From: Eledone cirrhosa
Taxonomy: Eukaryota
Reading direction: 5' to 3'
DNA length: 64,000 nucleotides
NCBI GenBank assembly: GCA_964016885.1
Contig: CAXHJY010001673.1
Span: forward strand, 69,366-133,365
Below the pieces are notes generated by a model. The model was not told the DNA's origin, searched no databases, and was given only the letters and a program-made list of their open reading frames with translations. Positions 27,332 through 39,485 of this stretch are shown one piece after another. Position 1 is the stretch's first letter. Every line of letters begins with the position of its first letter. The translations under genes and the position numbers were made by a program.

Positions 27332-27640
27332 AGAGAGTAAAGACCCCTCTTCGGTCACGAATGACCATGGGATTTGTACTTAGAAAGTTCCCCTCCGAGG
27401 GACAAGTCCGGGCAAGGTTCTTTGTGGAAGACCAGCAATCGCCCATGCATACCAGTCCCCTCTCTCGATGCCACCGATGTTAACCAAGGGAAAGGCAATG
27501 GCCGATACAGCTTGGCCCCAGTGTCATCACAACTCATTTCTACAGCTGAGTAAACTGGAGCAACGTGAAATAAAGTGCCTGCCTCAAGAACACAACGCAA
27601 AGCCCGGTCCGAGAATCGAACTCACAAACTCGTTATTGTC
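27332..27640 (-). mobile_element. tRNA/CORE-type SINE family 2 with LINE-like tail
   Basis: Minus strand B box gagttcgattctcgg, CORE-like gtgttcttgaggcaggcactttatttcacgttgctccagtttactcagctgtagaaatgagt, tail ending gggtctttactct. Confidence 0.75.
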
Positions 27641-27675
27641 ACTAGCGACCGAAGGAGGTCTTTACCCTTTACCCT

Positions 27676-27758
27676 GAAGGTAATTTTATATAAACTATAT
27701 ATACTCTATAGGTAGTTTTATATAAAGTACATATACCTTGAAGGTACATTTATATATT
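27676..27758. repeat. ~31-bp tandem repeat, ~2.6 copies
   Basis: aggta.ttttatataaa.ta.atatac repeated. Confidence 0.65.
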
Positions 27759-28674
27759 TTGAAGATAGTGCTAAGTGGAAATTTCCTTTGTGACGAATCA
27801 TGTCAGTAGAAGAAAGACGTTTGTATTTTGGACGTTTGGGAATGTTTAAGTTGTAGCAGTGATGTAGTCATATTGGAAGTTTTTTTTTAATATGAAACCG
27901 TGTGTTGAAACAGATATTGTTATATTTGTAGAAAGTCATGCTGTTCTAATATTGCCAGAAAAATATAGTAAAGCACACACACTTTGGTTTGGTTTTCGCT
28001 TCAGTATATCCTTCTATTTCTATAAATAATTTAGCTGGCAATCAATGTTTATCGTTGATTGACTAACTAAATATAGTTTCTCAGAGTTCTGAAGTTGTAC
28101 TGTAAAAAGGTTTAAGTCTGTTACTCAATCATTTCTGCACATACTACGGTGGTTCCATGTACCGCACAAAATATAAGGACAGCACAAAATCGACAAAAAA
28201 ACAATAAAAAATAAATCATTTCTAAATCTATGTAATTTTAATATTTCTCAAATAAAAATGTATAAAAATAACATTATATATATTTTTTTCAAATATAAGA
28301 AATCGAAGCTAAGTAAATAAAATTATTTAAAATTATTTGTTTAAATTTTGTTTCGATATTTTTTGTTGCTGTTTATATTTTTATAAAATTCTGTCTGGAA
28401 ATAATATTTATTTATTTGTTGCTGTTTTTGTTTTGTTAATTTTTCTGCCGTCTTTGTGTTTTTGGTGTGTTACTTTTTAATTGACACCAAAACGAATTAA
28501 AAAAAGCAAGGTGTTTTAATTTAATTTTTTATATCTTCGTTGTTAATTTTCAACGATGTTGTATATGTGTGTGTATTGTATCTATGTGGATATTGCTGGA
28601 GAACATTTGATACCGATTGGCTGAGAAATGCTGGTGCATTTAATAAGATAGGAAAATGTAAGTGGCAAACCAGT

Positions 28675-28717
<43 letters not shown>

Positions 28718-28906
28718 TTGTAAATCGGAATCAAATATTGATTTATATATTTTTATTATTATAGAGAAAGCCTTGTGAATTTCACAGAAGAAAAAAAATT
28801 CACCAATTATAAGATCGAATTGAAAATCGGATATTTTAGATAACGATTTTCCCCCACAGGTAATTTTCCGTTTAATTGCTTCTTCTTTTTCACCCCTACT
28901 CTAACC

Positions 28907-28982
<76 letters not shown>

Positions 28983-29067
28983 TTGTCTATCTATCTATTT
29001 GTCTGTCTGTCTGGCGGTCCGTCTGTCTATCCATACTTATATATATCTATTCATCTCTCTCCATATG

Positions 29068-29109
<42 letters not shown>

Positions 29110-29190
29110 TATACATATATACATATACATATATATATATGTATGTATGCATATATACATATATATGTATATCGCCACCTCTCTCTTTCT

Positions 29191-29273
<83 letters not shown>

Positions 29274-29429
29274 TTTTCTCCCTATCCCTCCCTCTCTCTG
29301 TAATTCCTTCGATCCCTCTCATTTACTTATGTATATCCTATTTAAATCTATCCTTCATTTTCACGTTCCTCCCTAAACTCAATAATCTAAACCAATTCAA
29401 ATAACTCTGTTCCCTTCACAGGCGACTTA

Positions 29430-29974
29430 GCAAGAGATGCAGAGGAGATAGTAGAGAAAGAGAGGAGGGAGAGAGAGAGAAGGAGAGAGAGGGTGAGAGA
29501 GTGATGGGGGGGGGGATGAGACAAAGGGTTGGGGAAAGAGAGAGAATGGAAAAAAAAATGACGGAGATGAGAAATGAAAAGACGGTTAGGGAGGAAGAGT
29601 AAATGGAATGAGAGAGAGGCAGAGACAGAAGAGGGAAGGGTGGGGGAGAGGATGGGAAGTAGAGTGTATTGGAAAGTGAGACAAAGACAGGACAGAGAAA
29701 GGGGATAGTGGTAGAAATATAGAGAGTTACAAAGAGACAGAGAGAGAGGAGAGAGGGATAGAGAGGGATGATGAAGATTAAGAGAGACTGAGAGAGCGGG
29801 AGAGAGAGGGATATGATAGCATGTATATTGAAGGGAAGAGAGAGAGAGAGAGAGATGATAACGATTGAGAGAAAATGAGAGAGCGGGAGAAAGAGACATG
29901 ATAGCATGTGTGATAGAAGGGAAGAGCGAGAGAGAGAGAGAGAGAGAGAGAGTAAGGGAATGGTAGACTGAGAG

Positions 29975-30043
<69 letters not shown>

Positions 30044-30144
30044 AGATAGCGAGCGAAAGTGAGAGGAAACGAAAAAGAAGATGATAACAAGTGTGATAAA
30101 GAGGAAGACAAAGAGAGAAGTAGATAGGAAGGGAACGGTAGACT

Positions 30145-30194
<50 letters not shown>

Positions 30195-30240
30195 GAGAGA
30201 GAAATATGGAGATGAGAAGGAAAGAAAGGAGAATAAAGCG
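29430..30240. repeat. Polypurine (GA)-rich low-complexity tract
   Basis: ~800 bp of mostly G/A with pure (GA)n blocks. Confidence 0.9.
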
Positions 30241-30561
30241 AGGACCAGGTAAAGAAAATAATAAGATTTATGTAGGTAAGTAATTCTGTAGTAATCGATA
30301 AATTTTGTCATCGTTATTTATGATTGCCTACATAAACTATAATTACACGAGAATTATCGATTAAGCAGTGCACCTCTACTGCAGTAACATGCTGACTGAA
30401 TATTTCTCAGAAGCATGGAAACTAGCAATTAAGTTCAACACTATCACTTCATAGACATTATCTGCCGCAGTTTTGCTGTGTATAAGACACCCGCCCTTTT
30501 AACTCAAAATTCGAACTGAAATTCTTCCTTCCTGCCTACACACACACACACACACACACAT

Positions 30562-30590
30562 CACATGTATATATATATATATAAATATAT

Positions 30591-30657
<67 letters not shown>

Positions 30658-30667
30658 TATATACATG

Positions 30668-30713
<46 letters not shown>

Positions 30714-30925
30714 TATATACATGTATGTATATATATATATACATATATATATATATACATGTATATATATATACATGTATATATATATATATACATGTAT
30801 ATATATATATATATACATGTATATATATATACATGTATATATATATATATACATGTATATATATATATATATACATGTATATATATATATATATACATGT
30901 ATATATATATATATATATACATGTA

Positions 30926-30964
<39 letters not shown>

Positions 30965-31022
30965 GTATATATATATATATACATGTATATATATATATAT
31001 ATACATGTATATATATATATAT

Positions 31023-31062
<40 letters not shown>

Positions 31063-31066
31063 ATAT

Positions 31067-31135
<69 letters not shown>
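30562..31135. repeat. (TA)n-CATG palindromic minisatellite
   Basis: ~20 tacatgta nodes separated by variable (TA)n. Confidence 0.9.
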
Positions 31136-31144
<9 letters not shown>

Positions 31145-31149
31145 TACTG

Positions 31150-31360
31150 CCACTCCGTTGGTGACAACGACGAGTGTTTCAGTTGATAGGATCAACGGAG
31201 CAGCCTGCTCGTGAAATTAACGTGCAGGTGGCTGAGCATTCCACAGACACTCATACTCTTTACGTAGTTCTCAGGGAGATTCAGCGTGACACAGAATGTG
31301 ACAAGGCTGGCCCTTCGAATTACAGGTACAACTCATTTTTATTAGCTGTGTGGACTGGAC
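31150..31360 (-). mobile_element. SINE family 3 body (octopus-type)
   Basis: cagcctgctcgtgaaattaacgtgcaggtggctgagcattccacagacac...cagggagattcagcgtgacacagaatgtgacaaggctggccc. Degenerate copies at 39755-39945, 40670-40960 and 46880-47015. Confidence 0.75.
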
Positions 31361-31481
31361 CACTCAGTGACTATTTCCAAGTTCCAAAGCAATCCTTCTT
31401 ATTTGGTACAAGCATGTATCCTTCTGGAAAATATGAAGACCATATTGCGAGCGAGACGTGTATTATTAGTTCACGTAGAAG

Positions 31482-31676
31482 GGCGATGGATTGGCAGTAT
31501 CGCTAGAGAATCGGACACCATGCTTTGCATTATAGAGTTACGGTCCTTTACAATCTGAGTTCAAATCCCGCCGAGGTTAACTTTGCCATTCATCCATACG
31601 GGGTCGATAAAATTAAGTACCAGTTATGTACTTATGGGTAATTGCTGGCCTTGTACCAAAAGTAGAAACAATTATT
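31482..31676 (+). mobile_element. SINE family 1, full length
   Basis: ggcgatggattggcagtatcg head, gagttcaaatcccgccgagg, core and tail. Confidence 0.88.
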
Positions 31677-32101
31677 AGTTCATGTAGAAATTATGATGGA
31701 ATAACATCTCGTCTACCATTCATTCTTCATATGTGTGTAAGCTTAATTTGTGTAATCATCATAAACATTGTTTGACTTTTATTGAGGAGATACGTATGTA
31801 GTTTAATAGTGCTTAGTAATGGCTATGAGTTTTCACAATGCTACAAACTTCACAAAGGAATCTTGTACTCATTTTCTAAGTGGATGAAGCGTTGTTTCAA
31901 AGTAAATAAACCTTAATTAAAACTGTCTCGGTTGAAGTGGATGCATTGATACACTTGGTTGAGTTGACAAGAGTAGATATATAATATATATATCAGTGTA
32001 AGTTGTTTATTCAACTAGTATCTATATCTATATTATATATGTTTTACGTAATTCCGAAGGAAAAGCAAAGGAAAGAGAGGGCTCTATGTATTATAGAACA
32101 G

Positions 32102-32171
32102 AGCTATGTCTGATGACCGATCCAGACATATATTAATATTGTCTGCGATCCAGAAACCTTTGGTAATGGTT
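32102..32171 (+). ncRNA. Degenerate type I hammerhead
   Basis: CUGAUGA-cc-GAUC-CAGACA...UGUCUG-c-GAUC-ca-GAA-ACC(uuu)GGU-A^AUGG. Base of stem II mismatched, stem I weak. Confidence 0.55.
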
Positions 32172-32198
32172 GAATTATATTTTGTGTTGTTCACTTTC

Positions 32199-32227
<29 letters not shown>

Positions 32228-32230
<3 letters not shown>

Positions 32231-32433
32231 GGAATCAGTAAGACCCCGTCGGCTGAGCTCAAGCCGTTTCGACGGCTAATTCTAGACTAAAATGGTCCAG
32301 AATTAGCCGTCGAAACGGCTTGAGCTCAGCCGACGGGGTCTTACTGGTTCCTATTACCCACTCTACTACCCTAAGTATTGAGTACTTTGGTGCGTTATGG
32401 TCCACCTGGTTCCTTACCACATTTCCTTCGTTA
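32228..32433 (+). mobile_element. Family A hairpin/tail element (complete layout)
   Basis: Perfect or near-perfect ~60-bp arms 32228-32354 plus 79-nt tail to 32433, between (TA)n tracts. Confidence 0.92.
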
Positions 32434-32450
32434 TATATATATATATATAT

Positions 32451-32482
<32 letters not shown>

Positions 32483-32513
32483 ATTATATAAATTATATAT
32501 ATAATATATATAT

Positions 32514-32730
32514 AGTGCGCTTCATCGGACACTCGATTAGCTCCTTTTATTTGCCTCGGAAGAAAACATGTTAATCTCGAAATATCAGGACATGTAAATA
32601 AATTAAGGTGAAAGACACATAACACCTTGTTTCATCTGACATATCCGCCCATTTCGTATAGTTGTGACTTTCAAACTTCGAATTCTTTATACCACATACA
32701 ATGCTTCAAGTAAACTACACATTCTTCCTT
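32514..32730 (+). mobile_element. Relative of the 923-1350 element with degenerate minimal hammerhead
   Basis: CCU-CGGAAGA-...UCUC-GAA-AUAU-C^AGG (32554-32589). Shares aataaatt.aaggtgaaagac and the tail acaatgcttcaagt.aacta. Confidence 0.7.
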
Positions 32731-32987
32731 ATATATATATATAGGCACCAGGCCATTGTCGATATACGTCTGTGAGTATAGATATATTATTTTTTAGATC
32801 GATACAGGCAGACTATATGTATTTGAATGAAGATATTTCATTCTAGTAAATTAATTGTCAATTTACAGTAAAACCACATAAGTGTTGATCATATATTTAT
32901 TTATATTAACTTATATTGTACTGCTCAGAAATGCTTCTTTCTTAGAGCTGAATAATTGTAATTGACCCCTGAGTGTAAACTCTAAAT

Positions 32988-33035
<48 letters not shown>

Positions 33036-33065
33036 AGATCAAAAGATGGTTAAAAGAGTTCCATG

Positions 33066-33136
33066 TATTTTATTATGCGCATTTCAAAAACAAATATCAT
33101 CATGAGATGACATTTGCGTTTTCGTCAGATAAAATA
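33066..33136 (-). ncRNA. Type I hammerhead ribozyme
   Basis: UAUUUUAU-CUGACGA-AAAc-GCAAAUGUCAUC(ucau)GAUGAUAUUUGU-uUUU-GAA-AUGCGCAU-A^AUAAAAUA. Perfect 8-bp stem I, long stem II, palindromic stem III. Confidence 0.88.
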
Positions 33137-33228
33137 GGGAGACATGATATGAAGGTTAAAAAACACTTGTGAACAGTACAGTTTTAAATCAACATATTTA
33201 TTGTACTACACTAAAACTGACCTCCTTC

Positions 33229-33261
<33 letters not shown>

Positions 33262-33388
33262 AAATTTATCCAATCAAAGTAACGTAATTGGTGGAGCCTG
33301 TCGTTGGGGTTCTACACTAAACGTTAGACTGTTTGTCCATTAAGCCATTTTGATGAGTCTTAGATATGCCTGGCGGAGCCACCCCCCC

Positions 33389-33423
<35 letters not shown>

Positions 33424-33425
33424 CA

Positions 33426-33603
33426 TAATTTCTTCTACTTTCGGCACAAGGCCAGCAATTTCCTCAGTACATTACTGGTACTTTATTTTATCGACCCCGT
33501 AAGGATGAAAGGCAAAGTTAACCTCGGCGGGATTTGAACTCAGAATAGCAAGGGCCGTAACTCCATGCGTTAAAGCATAGCGTCCGACCCTCTACCGATG
33601 TCT
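33426..33603 (-). mobile_element. SINE family 1
   Basis: ctggtactttattttatcgaccccgtaaggatgaaaggcaaagttaacctcggcgggatttgaactcag. Confidence 0.88.
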
Positions 33604-34641
33604 ATACCCTACCAAAGCGTTGGTAGAAATGATTTCTACAAAATTAGAACTGTTTAATCCGTATGTGTATCTTTGCTCTTTTAAACTGTGCTCCGCCCTC
33701 CCGCCCCCCGACACAGCTACATATATACATATATACGTAAATAAAAAATATATATACATATATATGTGTGCATACACACACACATATATATATACATATA
33801 TATATATATTTATATATATATATACATACATATATATACATACACATATACATACATATATATATATATACACATATATGTATATATATATATATATATA
33901 TACATGTGTATATTTATATATATATATGTATGTATATGAGAGAAAATTGGCACCATATATATATATATATGGTACTTAAACTAAAAATAAAATGTATATA
34001 CCGTTATCTGTAATATATCTGTGAGCAGAGAAGAAGAGAATAATTCTAAACCTGCCATTGTTTGCAAATCTTGATTAAATGGCAGATAAAATACACCATC
34101 ATTTTAGGTATATTATCTCTATGGTAACGAGGTCATATTAATCTATCAACATCCCCCAACAACACCCACTGTTTCCCACCCAATATTTCACAAATATAAC
34201 CCCTCTAGCTGCTGAGGATAGAAAACGGAGTTTAATGAATGACCCAGATTTTTCGTGAAATATTTTATCAATGAAAATCTTCCCCTAGAAATATTTAGAA
34301 ACGGCCTCTGGTCATACATAGATGACACTGGCTGTATCTTGTTCTCTTGTTTGAGTTTGGTTTTGAAGTAGGGGAAATATTTCATATTTATTTTGGTTAT
34401 TTAGTATAAAAAAACTGATCATTTATAATAATAGCTTTGCGTGAAATCAGTGTCGTCTGCTGACTTGCCTAAATATCTCCTTCGTCGGCTTCATTGTCAA
34501 TGATTTGTTTTTCATTTATCGATCGACATATCTATCTATAAATATACACATTAATGTATGTATATTTATATATATATATATATAAATATACACATGAATG
34601 TATGTATATATATATATAAATATATATATCTATTTCTATAT

Positions 34642-34680
<39 letters not shown>

Positions 34681-34712
34681 ATAATATATATATATAATCG
34701 GGGGTAACCACA

Positions 34713-34754
<42 letters not shown>

Positions 34755-34756
<2 letters not shown>

Positions 34757-34935
34757 CATTATCATCATCATCGTTTAAGGTTAGCATGGGTTAGACGGGA
34801 ATTGTCCCACTTGAGGCAAGATTGATGGGGTGACCATGTCTCGCTCGTATAGGACTGTATCTGGCATGTTTTCTACGGCTGGATGTCCTTCCTAACACTA
34901 ACCACATTTACAGTGTGGACTGGGAGCCTTTAGTG
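34755..34935 (-). mobile_element. Retroposon 3' end with (ATG)n tail
   Basis: catcatcatcgtttaa..agcatgggttagacgg...ggctggatgtccttcctaacactaaccac, resembling an RTE-tail-type SINE end. Confidence 0.5.
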
Positions 34936-35001
34936 TTATGTGGTAGTAAAGTTTAAGGTGCGACTGCACATCATTTGAGAGGGGTTTGTTGGTTGAAGTT
35001 T

Positions 35002-35163
35002 CTTCTTCTTCTTCTTCTTCTTCTTCTTCTTCTTCTTCTTCTTCTTCCTGAGAGGGTCATGGGGGGGGGGGGGGGGGCAGAGTCCTCAAACCCTCCTTCC
35101 AGCGGTTCCTGTCGTAAGCAACAGTCTACAATTGATCCTGCTGGATCCCCAAGCGAGTTCTTT
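35002..35163 (-). mobile_element. RTE LINE 3' end with (GAA)n tail
   Basis: Reverse complement matches 20398-20497 (cgcttggggatccagc.ggatca.ttg.agac.gttgctt...gaccctctcaggaa). Confidence 0.85.
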
Positions 35164-35757
35164 CCGTAATCTATTTTTCTTTTCTCCCGCCTCAGATGAT
35201 ACAAAATTTTCTATTTTGTGTTTATAGAATTTCCTATTTAATATGTTATGGCTCTTATGCTGCTTCAAGCCCAAACCCAAGCAAGACATATTCAGAGTTT
35301 TATACATGGTTAGAGGCCCTTTATGAATATTTCTAGGTGTAGATGATCATTGGTAAATCACTTTACTTGAAAACTAGGTCATTCAGTAAATTTTACTTTC
35401 TTTCCTCACCAGCTAGAGAGCTCCCAGGTAGGCTGTGTATAAACCCTGATTTCTCTAAACATTGTTTGCACTGTATACTATGTCTATATGTTAACCAAAT
35501 GTAATACGATCGATTAATTCTGTGACTGTGCTCTAATCAATAAAGCAAGGAAAAGTATTCCCTCACTAACTATAGTTCTTTTTTCAAATAGCTATATAAT
35601 ACGCACATACACACACAAACACATACTCATACACACAGACGTATTTACACACACAAAAACACTCACAGAAACTCACATACAAAAGCACACACAAACACAC
35701 ACTCATATAATATAATATATATATATATATATAAGCACACACAAGCACACACTCATA

Positions 35758-35812
<55 letters not shown>

Positions 35813-35829
35813 TATATATATCTATATAT

Positions 35830-35995
35830 ATTAATAATAATAAATTTGAAGACTAAAATCCAAAGAGGGCTCGATAAGGATAAATTTTTGAAATGGTTAC
35901 TTCTGCGTTCACAGATTGACTTTTTTAGTTTCAGAAGATCCCGTTAAGGGTGAAAGCAGCGATTCTTTGCTTAAACTTTAATCTGTTATTTTAAT
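35830..35995 (+). mobile_element. Short (TA)n-embedded element
   Basis: Homologous to the reverse complement of 54651-54750 (acttctgcgttc.cagattga...ctttgcttaaactttaatctgtta). Confidence 0.65.
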
Positions 35996-36019
35996 AAATA
36001 TATATATATATATATTATA

Positions 36020-36275
36020 TTTAGAGTTATAAACTCAAACAGTCTTTTACAATTAATTAGCTCAAAGAAAGAAGCATTTCTGAGCCGTGAAATACAAGTT
36101 AATATAAATTAATATATGATAAACACCAATATAAACATATAAGCGTTTGCATTGTAAACGACCAAGTTAGCTAGATTGAAAATTTTTTCAATCTAGCTTA
36201 CTTGGTCGTTTACAATGCAAACGCTTATATGTTTATATTGGTGTTTATCATATATTAATTTATATTAACTTGTAT
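36020..36275 (-). mobile_element. Hairpin/tail element in (TA)n, ~90-bp arms
   Basis: Arms 36092-36182 and 36185-36275 with one mismatch. Tail 36020-36091 is homologous to 32920-32987. No hammerhead core is retained. Confidence 0.85.
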
Positions 36276-36858
36276 ATATATATATATATATATAAATGCA
36301 TAGGTTTTCCAATGGTTCATTTCTTCACTTCAAACGACAGGTTGTGAGGTGATAGAATGTGGCTGTTATTTCTCAGGTCACAGAGAGGCTCTCTAGTGAA
36401 CTAGATACCACAGTATATGAGAGATAAGTAAAATTAAAGACACACTGACACTGCATGAGAATCTACGAACAAAATGATAATAGTTATAATAACAATAATA
36501 ATCATTAATTTTTTTACAAATTGGCATGAGCCCATCGATTTGTAACGGAATGATATAATCGATTGAGTCAACTCCAATAAAACATTTAAAATTTTATTGG
36601 TTTCGGGAGAGTGACAGGCAAAATCAATATCTGAGTGTACTGAGATACAAAAAAATATAGAGAGATATGACTAAATATTTTGTGGCATTCCATCCGGTAT
36701 TCTAGCTTAACATTTCATTAACAAACCTACAATGAGACTACCACCAACACCACCGCCGCCACAGTGGCATTTTGTCCGACGCTCTGATGACTTTGCTAAA
36801 CCAACGCCCTCAGCCTTAATAATAATGATGATGATGATGATGATAATGCCCCCCCCCC

Positions 36859-36889
<31 letters not shown>

Positions 36890-37069
36890 GTATATATAAG
36901 GAAATGATTTTTTAAAAATAAATAAAAAACGAGATGTCCTACACGGGTAAAAGTATAAGGAAAGGAAATCGAAAATGTAACTGCAGTCTTCTTTAAAAAT
37001 ATTTATTTATTACCTTTACCTGTTTCACAGTTCTCATGCTTTACAAAAGTAGAATGGAAGCGGTAAAAA

Positions 37070-37271
37070 CCAGTTAGACCATTACTCACCAGAGTACTCG
37101 ATGCTTGTGGTAGTATCTAGCTGTTCGGATCTAGCTGTTGAAACGACAGGAGCTCAGCCGTCGGGGTCCCGAATCTTATATATATGCATATATATAGGAA
37201 AAGAGTCAGTAACTATCGAGTACTCTGCTGGGTAATGGCTCACCTGGTTTCTTACCACAATTTCTTTGTTA
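37070..37271. mobile_element. Two rearranged family A copies in opposite orientation
   Basis: accagagtactcgat...gaaacgacaggagctcagccgtcggggtcc and taggaaaagagtcag...cgagtactctgctgg...ttaccacaatttctttgtta. Confidence 0.7.
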
Positions 37272-38625
37272 TATATATATATATGTATATATATATCTAT
37301 CCTTGTGGTTGATTGGATGATATACAGGCCTTCTGGTGAAACAAATGGAACACTAATCGTCTAAAACGACGGAGATCCAACACACACATACACATACAAA
37401 GCTGGTGAGCGATTCTAAAGAAAGAAAGTTAACTAAATAAAATGATATCAAAAGGAGGGAGAAACACCTGTGGATAGGTAAAAACAAACAGAAAGAGGTG
37501 AAGATGAGGAAAGAGAAGTGAAGTATAGCTTAAAGAATACTGTTTAATAATTACTGAACAATTAAGCTGTTTATACTGATGTGATAGTTGCTAAAAAGAA
37601 TTATAATGTCGGGTGGAAAGAGATAGAGAAAATAAAAAGATTGAGAGCTGGAAAACCAACAAGCCGCTGTTTGGTTAGGAGCGGATAATAAAAGATATTT
37701 TGTGCTATATAACGAGTGGGGTATCCGGTATTAGAAGGGAAGCAATAAGAGGAAGTAAAAAAAAAAAAAAAAGTGTGCGTATAGCTTCTTCAGTAACATG
37801 TACACCCCCTCGTTCGTTGATCTAGTGGCGAGGCGATCCGATTGATTTAACGGTACTAGAAGAGGAGAAAATAACCGGTTTCAGATAAAGTAAAAAAAAA
37901 AATAATTATAAAATAATAAAAGAAATAAAGTAAAAAATATTTTGACAAATATTTTCTTCAAGTAACTGGTCTTCTAAGAGAAGATCACTCGAGTCTGCCC
38001 CTTCAAGTATACTTCACTCCGCTAGTTTCTTTGAAGATAGAGGAGAAATGTAAATACAAGCTGTAAATCCGTCGTGGTATAAGCGATGATTTTGTACGTC
38101 GAGTACTTTACACAGTAGCAGTAATTCAAGATCTACTAATATTTGATATATTCGTCTAGGCGATAACACTATACTTATCATTGTATTTTATAGATTGAAA
38201 AGTACTTGTTTTATAGAAACAGAGGGGAGGGTATAATGTATTTTCAAACAAAACCTTCTCTTTATTCTAGTTACAAATTCACCGCCTAGTAAACTGAACA
38301 TATTGATTCATTGTCTTTTAATTTACTTCCATATTTGTATCTATATTTGTTTTTAAATAAGAATTAAAGTTCTCTTTTGCAGCTGAGTGTTCACATATAA
38401 ACTAATCTCCTTGATCTATCTAACTTTATTTAAAACCGTTCGTCGTCCAGTGTAGAGCTTGCCTATCTTAAAATCAAAGTCCTTTGCTGTTGTTACAGCT
38501 CACACCTCTGTAGATTTAACCGGTCTCCTATGAGGTTGCAGCTTATAGGAGGTATCTTGGGTGTTTTAATGATAAGGTCTCTATAGCAGTTGATGGCTCT
38601 GTATATATGTATATATATATATATA

Positions 38626-38822
38626 TAACAAAGGAAGTGTGGTAAGGAACCAGGTGGACCATAACGCACCAGAGTACTCGATACTATGGGTAGTAGAGTG
38701 GGTAGTAGGAAAAGAGTCAGGACCCCGACGGCTAAGCTCTGGCCGTTTCGACAGCTAGATCCGAACCGGTCGAAACGGCTGGAGCTCAGCCGTCGAGGTG
38801 AGGTCCTGGCTCTTTTCCTATA
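38626..38822 (-). mobile_element. Family A hairpin/tail element (subfamily A2)
   Basis: Tail 38626-38706, hairpin taggaaaagagtcaggacc...ggtcctggctcttttccta. Confidence 0.88.
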
Positions 38823-39057
38823 TATGTATATATATATGGGAAAACAAGTTATCGTTAAAGGTAATCCAGTAGTTAGAGGTTGTGAGTACTCTGCGTCGTG
38901 GATAGTTTTAACGTACGGCTTTCTTTGACTCAACAAGATGCTTCCATAGTTATGCAGCGAGTTCGCGGTAATTCCTATGCAGGTTATACTTGGAGTAATA
39001 ATAGTGAAAGAATGAAGAGTAACCTGGTTGGCTGTACAATAAGGGGCTTTATTTCAA

Positions 39058-39168
39058 GTACTGACAATTGTTTCGTTGATCAGGTGAGTTTAGAGGTCGC
39101 TAATCGCTTGAAGTTGCGTCACTCTATCTCCAATACATTATTTACCTCTGGTCAACACATCAGAGTAC
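39058..39168 (-). ncRNA. Type I hammerhead, A9U variant (left arm copy)
   Basis: Reverse complement of 39275-39385. Confidence 0.75.
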
Positions 39169-39274
39169 GTAGATATAAAAATAATTCACTCGAGGCAAGA
39201 CATATATAGAAGAATAGCGTATAATCTATTCTTTTATATATGTCTTGCCTTGAGTGAATTATTTTTATATCTAC

Positions 39275-39385
39275 GTACTCTGATGTGTTGACCAGAGGTA
39301 AATAATGTATTGGAGATTGAGTGACGCAACTTCAAGCGATTAGCGGCCTCTAAACTCACCTGATCAACGAAACAATTGTCAGTAC
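39275..39385 (+). ncRNA. Type I hammerhead, A9U variant with ~82-nt stem II domain
   Basis: GUACU-CUGAUGU-GUUGAcCAG...CUGaUCAAC-GAA-ACAAUUGU-C^AGUAC. Stem I 5 bp, G10.1-C11.1, palindromic stem III, GUC triplet. Confidence 0.78.
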
Positions 39386-39435
39386 TTGAAATAAAGCCCC
39401 TTATTGTACAGCCAACCAGGTTACTCTTCATTCTT

Positions 39436-39485
<50 letters not shown>

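Larger units (their letters stand above)
38838..39442 (-). mobile_element. Hairpin/tail element, ~208-bp arms plus ~160-nt tail
   Basis: Arms 39001-39208 and 39235-39442 differ at ~3 positions. Tail carries GAGTACTC at 38884-38891. Confidence 0.92.

Noticed and set aside
38898-39431. Near-identical peptides MKSNLVGCTIRG... on both strands
   Set aside because: A consequence of the inverted repeat. They lie antisense to the ribozyme and have no recognisable domain.
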